From Octopus sinensis (lineage: Eukaryota), in assembly GCF_006345805.1 (NCBI RefSeq), contig NC_042999.1, positions 26,102,001-26,166,000 on the forward strand: 64,000 nucleotides of DNA, in the 5' to 3' direction. Positions 29,650 to 41,933 of the stretch are shown here, one piece after another; position 1 is the stretch's first letter, and each line of letters starts with the position of its first letter. The notes beneath the pieces are model-generated. The model ran no database searches, was not told the DNA's origin, and was given only the letters and a program-made list of their open reading frames with translations. A program made the translations under genes and the position numbers.

Positions 29650-32600
29650 ATTTTGCATGTTTATGACAGACCATCAAAGGTGAAGACAATTTCCATCCAA
29701 GACGTCCATCCACATCCGCCTGCCACACATTATTATTTTTCATGGGAGCGATACAAGATAGGTGGATCCTGTAGCACTGAGAGGAATTAAAGTACTGAAA
29801 GTCTTCCGCAAATGATCCGCAAGGGGAGTGGGGGTGATGACGACGTCCTTTCCTCTCTTCATGCATTTTCCTGCGTACGGTTTCAAAGTGCTCTACTCGA
29901 GCGTCACACACAGAACTCACTGCCGTCCGGTGAACAGTCAGAGGCTCCAACTGATTGGAAAGGACACTCCGCAAAAACGAGAGACTACTTGATATGACCA
30001 TGGAAACAAAGTTTTGGACATCTTTGAGGCCATCTTCTTCTCTTGAACTCGTTGAAGATGCTGTGGAAGCCTGTTACCAGACATCTGAATTACATGGTTA
30101 GTCTAGCGAAGGAGACGGCGGAGTATGCAGGTATCAGCACCTGTAGATCCCAACCCTCAAGAGGACTTCAGTATGAGGCACCTTTCCCTTTAACGTCAGA
30201 CTGAAGATATTTTGGAGTGATCTCTTCTAGCTGATTTATCTAGCACCGATGCACTAGCACTCAGACTCATACCGGAGGGTGGGTATGAAGACAGCTCAAT
30301 ATACGGAAATTTTTGTACTTGCTCTAAGGGTCATGTTCTAAGAGATTTGTTAGCTGAGTCTCCCGAAAGATGTAGAAGCCAAGATGTTCCGACAGGAGTA
30401 TCTCCTAGTCAGCGAGTTTTAGAGTTTTAGAGATAGTGTTTCGAAGATAGCATAATGAGTCCTCTTGCAGTAGGAGAAGGTCATCAGCAACGATAGGCTG
30501 AGAGGGAGGTTAATACAGGAAGGCTGAATGGAAAACTTTAGTTTCATTTGATTCTCTTGAAAGCCGTGCCCAGAAAAGGCACTATTCATTGAGATCAACG
30601 TATGTTGAAGAGAGGTTGGTGTTTGAGATGGTGTAGACGAATCGTTAGCACATTGAATCTACTACACTGTTGTTGAAAGAATTTTTGGTGTGGCTTTCAG
30701 GCGGCGGGTGTTAAAGATGCTGCCATCATAGCAGTGCGTAATATGAATTCCGTCTTCTTCAGTGAAATGTCACCTGGAGAGAGGGGTTACTGTCACTATG
30801 TAAATGATAAATAGTACAGGGACAAGGCTGCATCCTTGTTTCATCTCCACCTGCACATAAAAGGTTTCCGAGACATCACAGCCGAGTGTCACGCTTGCCG
30901 GCATACCAGCATGACACTTCTGGACGATTGAGAGAAAGGTTGATGGACAGCCTAACATCTGAAGCAGATACCATAACAGGAAAGTAAGTTGAGCATGTCA
31001 AACGCTTTTCTTAGATATTTAAGGAGTAGCATATGTCCCTCCACTGTTCACGACGCTTTTCAAAGAGAAGACGAGCCACGATATATCTCACAAATTTTCC
31101 TTTCTAGTCGAAATTCATACTGGGACCCAAGCATAACCAAGTTGATTGCATGAAATAGTAGATAGTCGGAGGAGATTATGTAAAAAGGATCTTGCCGGTG
31201 TTAGGAAGAAGAGAAATAATTCTGCTTCTGTATGGTCTCCCTTGGGCTTATAGACTGACAAGATTAGTGTGTCCACCTGACCGGTATGGTTTCTGCCAAC
31301 AGAAAAGGCACAAAGAGTGAATATAGGATGTAAAGTGAGGTCCGTCATTGCTTTAATCCCATCTTCACTAGCAAATTTCTTGTTTTTGAGACTACAGGTG
31401 GATGTCATCAAGTGTTGTTGGTGGTTAAGCTATCTCAAGTAAGGAAAATCTGGAATTTCTTCAATTGCTGTAGAGTCCGTAGTGTTGACTCGATTCAGAA
31501 GTTCTTAAAACTGTTCGACCAAATTGTGAAGCATCGTAGTTTTCTCTTTCAATAAGGTACCACTTGAGTAGCCTTCTTTACGCGTGTACCGAAGATTCTC
31601 TTAATCGAGTCGTGGAATGCATATGCTTTGTTCTCGTTTGCAAAATCTTGCCTTTCGAAGATACCAATTGTTTTGAGCATTACTGATGAAACATTGTATG
31701 GTGGTACGAGAATCCTGCCACTTTTAATGCAATGCTCCAGATCCCGGCTTGGAGAGAACAGCATCGTGAAGATTGAGTGCCGGAGGTCGTTGATGTCGTC
31801 TTGAATGAAGTGGCAAGATTTTGATCGAGGATGCATCCGGGAGAATTTGTAGATTGTTGGGAAATGCAAAACTGTGATGGTAATGACAATTCCATGCTGA
31901 GAGCAGATAGCTAGAAAACGAATCCCATGCACTGTTCATTTTCCCAACGTCATGATGGCCAATTACGCCATGTCAGGTAAGAAGACTTTGACTCTTGGCA
32001 TTAAAGTCATGAGATTGCCAGACTTGGACATCCTTCGGTTGACGTTGTCCAAGAACATGTGGAACATGTCCTTGGATTTTTTCAGAAAAGTCGAAGGTGG
32101 GGGCAGCGGCACTGATGAGGTTGTTGTATGTACCTTCGGAGAGAGCGAGTCAGAGTGATGGTACGTTTACGCTGTCCCACAGGAAGTTCTACCATCATAT
32201 TTCCAAGGAAGGTCTTCATAGCGGTAGCCACTCCATAAGTTCGGTTCTCTCTATCGGAGACACCCCTGCTGTGGAATGTGCATCCGTCGCCCTGTTCAAT
32301 AGAAAGCCCTTATATCCACGTTCTAGGGGTTTAGGTTCCGATGCATCCAGGGAAATCCTTCGAGAGGACCATTAGATTAAGGAATATAAAGTAAAATTCT
32401 GACATTCCAGGAGTCAAACATTTAAAAAACATTTTGACTTCTTTAGAGGAATGACCTGCGAGGTGTTGTCTTCGACCGGATAGAACGTAGTAAAGTATGT
32501 TTGGGTTACTTTTTCTAGGCCGTTCTTCGGCTTGAGGTAGGCTGTACTTTCCCTATGAGCAGGACCAAAGGAGTCTGTTGTCTCTTGGTGCAGACTTCAG

Positions 32601-33090
32601 CAACCGTCTTACTGATACCGATATCGTGCGAGCTTCGAGCTTCGAGCTAGAGGCTTCCAGCATCATCCATAAGGACCTCCGTCACCAGCTGCCTATTGCC
32701 GTTAAACGTATGAGTAAGAAAAGAAAAAGAGGAGAAGAAAAAGGAAGGAGGAAGGCTAAGATAGTTCGAAGTCTGCGCAAAGATTCGTTTACAGTGATGA
32801 GAAGGGCGCGCAATCCTGCAAACACAACTTGATTTCTCCACAACAGGCCCAGTGACAAGGAGGAAATCCAGGAAAATTGGGGTCGAGGACAAGTTTCAAC
32901 GATCTGTGCGTCCACGATATATAGGCGAGTGCCTTTACAGCAACCTCACTTGAGTTTTTCATGATGTAGCTAATAGCAACTAAAAAAAAAACCAGGTTGC
33001 CGCAGAATGTTGGACAGACGGAGACGCTGCGTATCCAGGGTAGCCGCCAGATACTGCAACAGACACTGTTCTTGACTTGATGAAGGAAGG
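29650..33090 (-). mobile_element. RTE (BovB-like) LINE, near full length, heavily degenerate
   Basis: APE start SWNVRIL at about 32425; endonuclease C-terminal segment ICSQHGIVIT..MHPRSK; VYKPKGD; RT segment LGCPSTFLSIVQKCHAGM..MKQGCSLVPVLFII; C-terminal HFETVRRKMHEERKGRRH. Many stops and frameshifts. Confidence 0.88.
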
Positions 33091-33098
33091 ATATATAT

Positions 33099-33172
<74 letters not shown>

Positions 33173-33451
33173 GTGCGTGCGCTCGTGTGTGTGACGGAAC
33201 AAAGTGGTCAATACTACATTTCTAAAACTCCGGCTTAGGATTATTGAGCTAAGTAACCCCTGCCTGACTGGATATAAAGAAATAAGCTGGAGTTTGAGAC
33301 GTACAGAGTTCGATTCTCTGTACGGCTTACTGGTCACATTTTTTCACCTTCGTCTTCTAAGTTACTTTCACAACTTTTCTGCGTTCTGGATTCCCCCTAT
33401 TTCCTGTAAGTAGTATAAATGTGTGTGTGTGTGTGTGTGCGTATGTCTGTA

Positions 33452-33522
<71 letters not shown>

Positions 33523-33529
33523 ATATATA

Positions 33530-33600
<71 letters not shown>

Positions 33601-34659
33601 TATATATATATATATATTATATATGCATTATATAATATATATATATATATATATGCATATATATATATATATATATATATTTACACAGAGTGTGTGTACG
33701 TGTGCGTGTGTGTGCATATGCATGGATCTGTGTGTTTTACAAGTCACTGTGTTTGCATGTGCGTGTGTTTATCTGTCAAACTTCTGCCATTTCCTTCTCT
33801 TCCTTCTCTTTTTCGACTCGTGTCTATATGTGTATGTGTGTGTGTGTGTATCTATGTGAGCGTGTGGGCGTGAGTCCGCGTGCGCATTTGTGTGTATAGG
33901 ACACTAGAATGAAACTTGCAGTGGTTTCCGAGGAATACACTAAATTCCAGATTATTTGTTTTACTTCAACCATTTGAACGACTACACGCACTATTTATTT
34001 AAAGAAAAAGTGCATAAATTCATATGAATCTCATGAGGCGTAACAATACTTGAGCTATAGTCGTCTCGGAAGGCAAAGCCGCCTTTTAAATATCTTTCCA
34101 TGCGGAACGGAACTGCAATGACGATATAACGATATGACCAGAGTGGCGTGTCTTAGAACTGGGTTGAAAGAACGCTAAACTTGAAAGATAGAAGAGCAGC
34201 GGTGAGTGACTAATTTGCTTCGATAATCGATAGATATCTACGTGTAAATGATCAGATATCGGCTAGTTGATATATCTAATAATTGATTCATTCTAGAATA
34301 CACAGATGTCAGAAAATTCAATTCTGTCAACCATCATCACAGGGTAGGTGTTATCAGGATACTGTGAGAGATGTAATGATACAGCTTATCAGCAGAATTT
34401 GTGGCTAGTCTCATTTCGAAATATGTTTATTAAATGTCTCTTGGATACAGCTTGTTTCATGGAATGGGATTGCATTTGAAATAATGCGAGGTTCTCAGAA
34501 TCTGTAACATTTGATGCCATGAGCCGGATAAACATCAGAGTTTACATACAATGTCATGAGTGAAGGACTTGAAGGGTTTTAGGGATCTCGGTAATTATGA
34601 ATAAGCACTCAACCTTATGCTTCTATTTTCATTTTTCGGGTCACATGATATTAGTCTCT

Positions 34660-35076
34660 CTCTTTTACTCTTTTACTTGTTTCAGTCTGTGGCCATGCTG
34701 GAGCACCACCTTTAGTCGAGCAAATCGACCCCAGGGCTTATTCTCTGTAAGCCTAGTACTTATTCTATTGTTGTCTTTTGCTGAACCGCTAAGTTCGGGG
34801 AATAAACACACTAGCATCGGTTGTCAAGCGATGTTGGGGGATAAACACACACACATAAACACACACACACACACACACACATACACACACACATATATAT
34901 ATATACAAATATACGACTTGCTTCTTTCAGTTTCCATCTGCCAAATCCATTCACAAGGCTTTGGTCGTCCCGAGGCTATAGTAGAAGATAGTTGCCCAAG
35001 ATGCCACGCAGTGGGACTGAACCTGGAACCATGTGGTTGGTAAGCAAGCTACTTTCCACACAGCCACTCCTACGCC
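34660..35076 (-). mobile_element. tRNA-derived SINE family B, full length
   Basis: Reverse complement reads ggcgtaggagtggctgtgtgg..ggttccaggttcagtcccactgcgtggcatcttgggcaa.., homologous to 6916-7349. Confidence 0.85.
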
Positions 35077-35772
35077 ATGTGGAAGGGTTATTCAATCTTA
35101 CCCTACCGTTCAACAAATAATAGAAATTATGATTATCATTATTATTATTATGAAAATAGTGTTCTGGCGGAAATGTCTGCACGCCGGACATAATACTCAG
35201 CGGCATTTCTTCTGTTTTTATGTTTTGAGTTGAAATTCTGCGAAGATTGACTTTGCCTTTCATCCTTTTGGAGTAAAATATAAGTACCCGCCAAGTAATA
35301 GGATAGGTGTAATTGACTGAGCCCTTACCTACCCACCCTAAATTGTTGATCTTTTACCGACACTTGAATGTAATATTTTTATATGGGGTGGTTTAACAGA
35401 ATTCTTTAGATTCCGAGAAAACGCCAAGCGGTACTCATTCAAGTCCCTATTACCTATTCTCAATCCAGAGTCGATTAAATAATGTACTATTTAAATATAG
35501 GATCTGTCTTTATCAACTAAGTTCCTCCCATTCCAAACTGCTTACCTAGTACCTAAATTAGAAACGACGATTTTTTTAGTAAACAGTGGAGGTCACAATT
35601 TGTATGTTGTCGGACACATGTAACCAAACAAAATTTAGTTAGGTCCCTTTAAAATCTGATTTTAAATTTAGTTGCTCTCAACTTCCATTGTTTTCTGGAA
35701 GCAGTGAAATAATTGCTATGGAAGTATTAGTTTCAAATAAATCAGCTGCATCCTATAACAGCAAATTGTGGC

Positions 35773-35924
35773 CTTATTTACATTATTTACATTCGACGGG
35801 TATTTGTCTTCGTCATGTTTGTTATTAACACAACGTTTCAGCTGATATATCCGCCAGCCTTTTTCAGGTGTCTTGGGGAAATTTCGAACCTGGGTTCTCA
35901 TTCCTAAGGTATTTTTCAATGTTA

Positions 35925-36001
<77 letters not shown>

Positions 36002-36120
36002 ATATTATTGTTATTGTTCAGGTCACTGCTTGGAATCGAACTCGGAATCTTGGGACTAGTAGCCCGCGTTCTTAACCCCAAAATTCCGAGTTCGATTCCA
36101 AGCAGTGACTGAACAATAAC

Positions 36121-36155
<35 letters not shown>

Positions 36156-36345
36156 TAATAATAATAACGAAAAATATCTTAGGAATGAGAACCCAGGTTC
36201 GAAGTTTCCCCAAGACACCTGAAGAAGGCTTGAGGGCATATAAACCAAAACGTTGTGTTAACAACAAGCAGCATGAGGACAAATATACCGAATGTAAATA
36301 ATGTAAATAACGTACATAATTCCTCAACTCTTAAATATAGAACTG
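35773..36345. mobile_element. Head-to-head inverted pair of a tRNA-like head, (AAT)n and hammerhead-tail element
   Basis: 35773-36077 is the reverse complement of 36074-36310. The centre has B-box GAGTTCGATTCC and a partial D-arm GGTTAAG. The outer ends carry hammerhead-like motifs. Confidence 0.85.
36214..36260 (+). ncRNA. Minimal type I hammerhead-like motif (mirror copy at 35826-35873 on the minus strand)
   Basis: Right arm: GACAC-CTGAAGA-A-GGCT..CC-aAAACGTT-GTGTT. Left arm (minus): GACAC-CTGAAAA-A-GGCTG..CAGCT-GAAACGTT-GTGTT. Stem I is GACAC/GTGTT and stem III is the palindrome ACGT. The two arms have different single core lesions. Confidence 0.68.
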
Positions 36346-37063
36346 AATCTGTGGCCTGTTACTGAGGTTGGCTTGGCAGAAATGTAAGAGATAAGCAATA
36401 ATAGTTTTAAAGAATACCTCTCTAGTTCTCTCTTCTATTCTACTTTGTCTTTCATGTATCAGTGATCGATAAAACAATTACCATTTCAATAGTGATCGAT
36501 AGTTCTCTATGAAATATATAGCCGCAAGTTTAGTTAAAGGAAATCCTTATGATTATAGATTATAGGGTTATTGTAAAATGTCTTCCAGTTGGCATCACAC
36601 CATGGCACTGACAAATTTGAACCGAATATTGCAGCTGAATAATATACTCATTAGTTCAATTGCATGTACCACCTGCAGACGCCAGCTTCACATGGTCTGA
36701 CTCGATGCTATCGGTTTACAACAAAATTGTCATATCTATAACTTTACGCCTTCACTACCACGTCGCCACAAGAGACCAAGATCAAGTTGTTGAAGTGTTA
36801 TTGTTAATAATATTGTTGTTATCCATGTAATTTTCTTTATAAATGTTATTACATTATATTGTTGATTGAAGATGTTTTTTATTCTTTACAAAATATAATG
36901 ATTACAACAATTAAACTCATTAAACTAATATAAAGAAATAAAACACGTTTTTCTTATATGTATATATATATACATATTATATATATATATATATATACAT
37001 ATGTTTATATATATATACATATATATACATATATATATGTATATATATATATATATATATTAC

Positions 37064-37097
<34 letters not shown>

Positions 37098-37112
37098 ATA
37101 TATATATAATAT

Positions 37113-37156
<44 letters not shown>

Positions 37157-37338
37157 TACATATATTTATATTTTTTAAATAAACATACAAATTTCCACAC
37201 GAAAGCACGTAATCTATGCCCTAGGCCCGAAATTTCAACCGTGTCTTTTCTGATGTCAATTTGCTACCCAGGTATCGGTTAATTCGAATATCCTTAATAA
37301 GATAATTCATTCAACTACTATTACATATATATATGTAT

Positions 37339-37378
<40 letters not shown>

Positions 37379-38009
37379 ATGTTTATATATATACAATTAA
37401 AATCTCTATATGAGCATTTTACCTAAAAGGTTACTTTTGGTATGTTGGCCACTGATAAATTCATTAATCGTAATGATTGTATCTTTTAATTATGTTTAGG
37501 TGTATTACATTCACTCTAGGACAGTTAATTTACTTCAGTACTATTCTGATTCAATACACACTTGTCGAGGTGGACTACGAAGTACGATGGGTATGTATTT
37601 GTGAATATTTGTATGCATTCGTATTTTGCCTGTGCTTTTCTGTGGATATTAATAAATATTTTTTATTTATTTCGCAGCGTACGTTCTGCAGATGAAGGGA
37701 CAGTTGTTAAACTAACCCAGAAAGTAATCAATCCGGAACTATCTGAAGTATTTTATGAATTTTTGGTCGGTCCACTTCTTCCGCTTCCAATCTGTGCACT
37801 TTTGAAGTGAAACGTATAGTGTCTGGACACATTTGGCGTCTACGTCTAGCATATAAGTATAGTAGCTTCTGTGCTCTTAGTCACAATTATTTTCTCTACA
37901 ATTATATAAACTCTATATGTAAATTTTTCCTAATAGGTAATTATTTAGATGCTGGCCACTAAAAAAATTCATTAATCTTAATGATTTTATCCTTAAATTA
38001 TGTTTACAT

Positions 38010-38042
<33 letters not shown>

Positions 38043-38086
38043 TATATATAATATATTATATATATATATTATATATATATAATAAA

Positions 38087-38335
38087 GTGCCCTTTTAAAG
38101 CCTACCCAGTCTCATGGGCCCGGTTTCCCGGTTTCAGTGGCGTATGTGTTTCCCCAGCTGGATGGGACACCATTCCAATCGCAGCGTTACTCATTTTTGC
38201 CAGCTGAGTGGACTGGAGCAACGTGAAATGAAGTGCTTTGCTCAAGAACACAACGCGTCGCTCGGTCTTGGAATCGAAGCCACATCCTTACGATCATGTG
38301 TTCAACACCCTAAATACTAACCCACGCGCCTCCAC
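38087..38335 (-). mobile_element. tRNA-derived SINE related to family E, different central domain
   Basis: Shares the head region and the 3' about 110 bp (ctcatgggccc..tttcccggtttc..cagctgga) with 28083-28389. Its centre is cttgagcaaagcacttcatttcacgttgctccagtccactcagctg. Confidence 0.8.
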
Positions 38336-39849
38336 ACACACACACACTCACACACACACACACACATATATATATATGTATGTATGTTATGTATGTATGC
38401 ATGCATGTATGAATGTATGTATTTATGTATGTATGTATGTATGTATGTATGTATGTATGTATGTATGTATGTATGTATGTATGTATGTGCCTGTTGCCGG
38501 ACTTGATCTGAACAATGAAACTCTATTTCTGCTCTATATTTCCATAGCTAATACAGTAGATTCCTCCTGATATGTTGACGCCCCTAATGGAAATTTAAAA
38601 AAAAATGTATCATATAACTTCTTTTACAAATACTAGTTCCTACTTCGGATCTTAGCCCGAATCCTCTACACGTTCAGATATGACATGTTGCATTGTGATT
38701 AGGGCTATCGCGGTTCCGATTCGAATATGATAGGAGAAATAATTATAAGAGATGCGTTACAGAAACTGCAAAAGCTACTCAGAAATTTTGCAAGCTCTAA
38801 TAAATTTGAAAAAATCACCTCTCCTCCGCAAAAACTGGAGACTAATTCGAAAATCATAACCGTAAAATTATCGTCATTTTTGGCAATATATTGTAATACT
38901 TCCATATTCACTTACATTACTATATTTAAGACACGTCAAAACCAATTCAAAATGTCTTCTGGGGACATTATTTTTATATGAAATAAGAATAAAATAAAAT
39001 GTAAATAATATAAATTGAAAGTAAAATGAAATAAAGTAACGTAAAATAAAATAAATAAAATTCAACTGAATATTTTCCACTGTAATTTTGTTGTGGAGAA
39101 AGTTATGTGTACTTGAGATCTGGAATGTCATGGTACCAGTATTTAATGCCCCGAGAAGGACATGGAATCAAAGAAGAGTCGTAGACAGAATCCGCTGCAG
39201 AAGAAAACATAAAATGACGAAGGTTGAATTAGGAGAAAAGCCGCAGAAGAAAAGCAAGTGAATTTCTTTTTTAACCAATGTAAAAGACTATATCTTATTG
39301 TATTGATTTGAAATTTCGATACCAGAAATCAACTGGTAGATATTTTTTCGGTGCCGAAGGCTAAAAAGCAAAGTACACTTTAGTTGAATTTGAACTCAGG
39401 ACTTGATGTCGACGAGCAAAATGCCGCTAAGAATATTGTCTGTCGTGCTAAATAGTTTATCAACTCACCGCCTCGAAATATTACATCATATTGATTGATG
39501 TTCTTGTTTCAAAGAGGGTAACTACGTGTAACCAAATTTGACAAAAATTGTGTTATTCTTCTTTAACGGTTTTCCAGAAGACGCTGAATAACTTATCTTG
39601 CTCTTGCTACCTAAAAACTTTTTCAATGGTTATATCCTATGTTACCGGTATATGTTTGGAAATATACAATCTCTATTTGAAAATATTGCTTCAACTAGCA
39701 AATATTTCTTCTGTCAGCTTAGAAATTTAAAATTAAAACATGTCTATATTTCTTAATCTTCTTTTTATTTTTAGAATAGCTCACATTATACGAAGACAAA
39801 TACCTTTGGGAAAAATCTAAACGGCCGGCAAATTAGCCAGAGCGGTGTG

Positions 39850-39897
<48 letters not shown>

Positions 39898-40084
39898 TAT
39901 ATATATAAAGGAATGCCAGTTCTATAAATATAGAGTTTTGCTTGAAAGAAAATGGCCTACCGTTTTAAGGGAGGGGTTTGATCGGTAAATGGAAATGTTA
40001 CCTCAATAACAGCAATAGCAACAACAAAAACAAAAGCATGGGGGGTGCATAATTAGAGAGGGGTGGGGAGTAAAGAGGGGTTGA

Positions 40085-40738
40085 AGGAGAATAGAAAACA
40101 AACCATCATGTTTTCTTGTGGAGAACAGAGGATAAGAACCTACAGTATAGTAGAAGATATAGCCACTCATAATAGAGGAGTACTAGTGGAATGTCCCACT
40201 GAAAACCTCCATAAAATGTAAACATAATATACTTGGCATAGTAATTTGGAAAAGAGAAGATAAACTATGTAGAGTTGTGGAAATCAGCTGTCCAGTGGAT
40301 ATAAACATAGAACTAAAGATTAGCTAGAAGGAAAATACATATGCTGAACTATTGACGAATCTACAGCTAGTCTATCCAGATTACAATTTCTGGTTTATAC
40401 CACTAATTATTGGGGCCCTGGGATGTGTCATACACTAACTAAATACCAATCTTGAGAAATTAGGCGTCTCAAAACCAGAAAGGAGAAAGCTGATTCGAAG
40501 ACTACAGATCCGATCCATCAATGGAGCTGTCAAACATTTTACAGCAGTTTATCATTCAAGTATATATGAGCATCTCTAGACATTCGAATATATACATGAT
40601 AATGTGTAGCTACAAAATTATCCTGTTGATGATGAAATTCCAAAGAAAGAGACTTGGATCTAAGTTAGAAAGCGGCTCCATTTGCAAGAAACCTCTGTTG
40701 GCAAGAAACCTTGAAATAAAATAAAACTGAAATAATGA
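40085..40738 (+). mobile_element. 3' fragment of an R4/Dong-like non-LTR element with a restriction-like endonuclease domain and 3' UTR
   Basis: Translation with internal stops: WNVPLKTSIKCKHNILGIVIWKREDKLCRVVEISCPVDINI..KENTYAELL..FIPLIIGALGCV..LEKLG. This fits the RLE pattern HNxPDIV..D/E..P..K..KY..IPIVIGALG. Confidence 0.8.
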
Positions 40739-41025
40739 CATGCATATATACGTACATACATGAGTACACATTCACTCACACACATACGCACACACACACA
40801 CGCATATATATACCTACCTCTACATACATACACACACATATACACACGCACATATATATATATATATATATATACACATACATATCCATATGCATACACA
40901 TTCCCACACATGCATATATTTCATTGTTGTAATTATCACTGCTGTCTTAAGGGGTAAAAGTTTAATAAGCAGCATAATTAATGGAGCGTTACTATTTCGA
41001 TCGCCGTTGACTCCATAGAATTCAA

Positions 41026-41253
41026 TTGCCCTTCCTCTTCTTCTTCTTCTTCTTCTTCTTCTTCTTCTTCTTCTTCTCTTCTTCTTCTTCTTCTTCTTCT
41101 TCTTCTTCTTCTTCTTCTTCTTCTTCTTCTTCTTCTTCTTCTTCTTCTTCTTCTTCTTCTTCTTCTTTTCCTTCTTCTACTTTTTCTTCTTGTTCTTCTT
41201 CTTGTTCTTCTTCTTGTACTCCTTCTTCTTCAGCTTTAACGGTTTTCCTCCTC

Positions 41254-41322
<69 letters not shown>
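41026..41322. repeat. (TTC)n polypyrimidine tract of about 200 bp followed by (ATT)n
   Basis: Read directly from the sequence. Confidence 0.95.
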
Positions 41323-41877
41323 GAGTGAGAGAGCAGTGCATGCCATCAAAGTGACACCGGGGTAAAATATACGAAGCCCAGTATACCCATCATGACTACC
41401 CGTCTGATAAGGGTACACTAGGCACATGCATCACAACCATATGTGCGTGACATGGTGATCGCATATCAAAATAAACAGCACATGACCTTGCAGGTGGGAC
41501 CCAGTTAGAATTTTCTTCAGGTCGAGTAACCCATCCCAATCGAAAGTTCCCTGAATAAGGGTTGTTTAAGGATGTTGAACGAAACACCAATGTTTCCAGA
41601 GGTGAATTATTCAAACCCCAAGAATCCCTCTCAACACATGGCTATGATGCTCCCCCACTACTTCTGCTCGTGATCAGAGATGCACATATCGTCAGCCACT
41701 AAGGGACATGCTCAACTGGTTAAAGTCAAACAACTGATAAGCAAATCTGTGGTATTGAGCAGAATATTTGCTGTAGCCCATCTTTTATACCAAGACAAAA
41801 CAATGTACATGATAACACTTCCAATCAGTTAAGATCAGAAGCCATGAGAGCCACTGCCTGGTACTGCATCAGGGCAT
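41323..41877 (-). mobile_element. Interspersed element of about 550 bp (family D)
   Basis: Homologous to 17482-18027 and flanked on both sides by (ATT)n. A further partial copy lies at 42205-42335. Confidence 0.82.
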
Positions 41878-41888
41878 TGTTATTGTTA

Positions 41889-41933
<45 letters not shown>

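Noticed and set aside
36021-36110. Possible tRNA gene
   Set aside because: The acceptor stem and A box are missing and the T stem is mismatched; it is a tRNA-derived element head. The same applies to 28320-28389.
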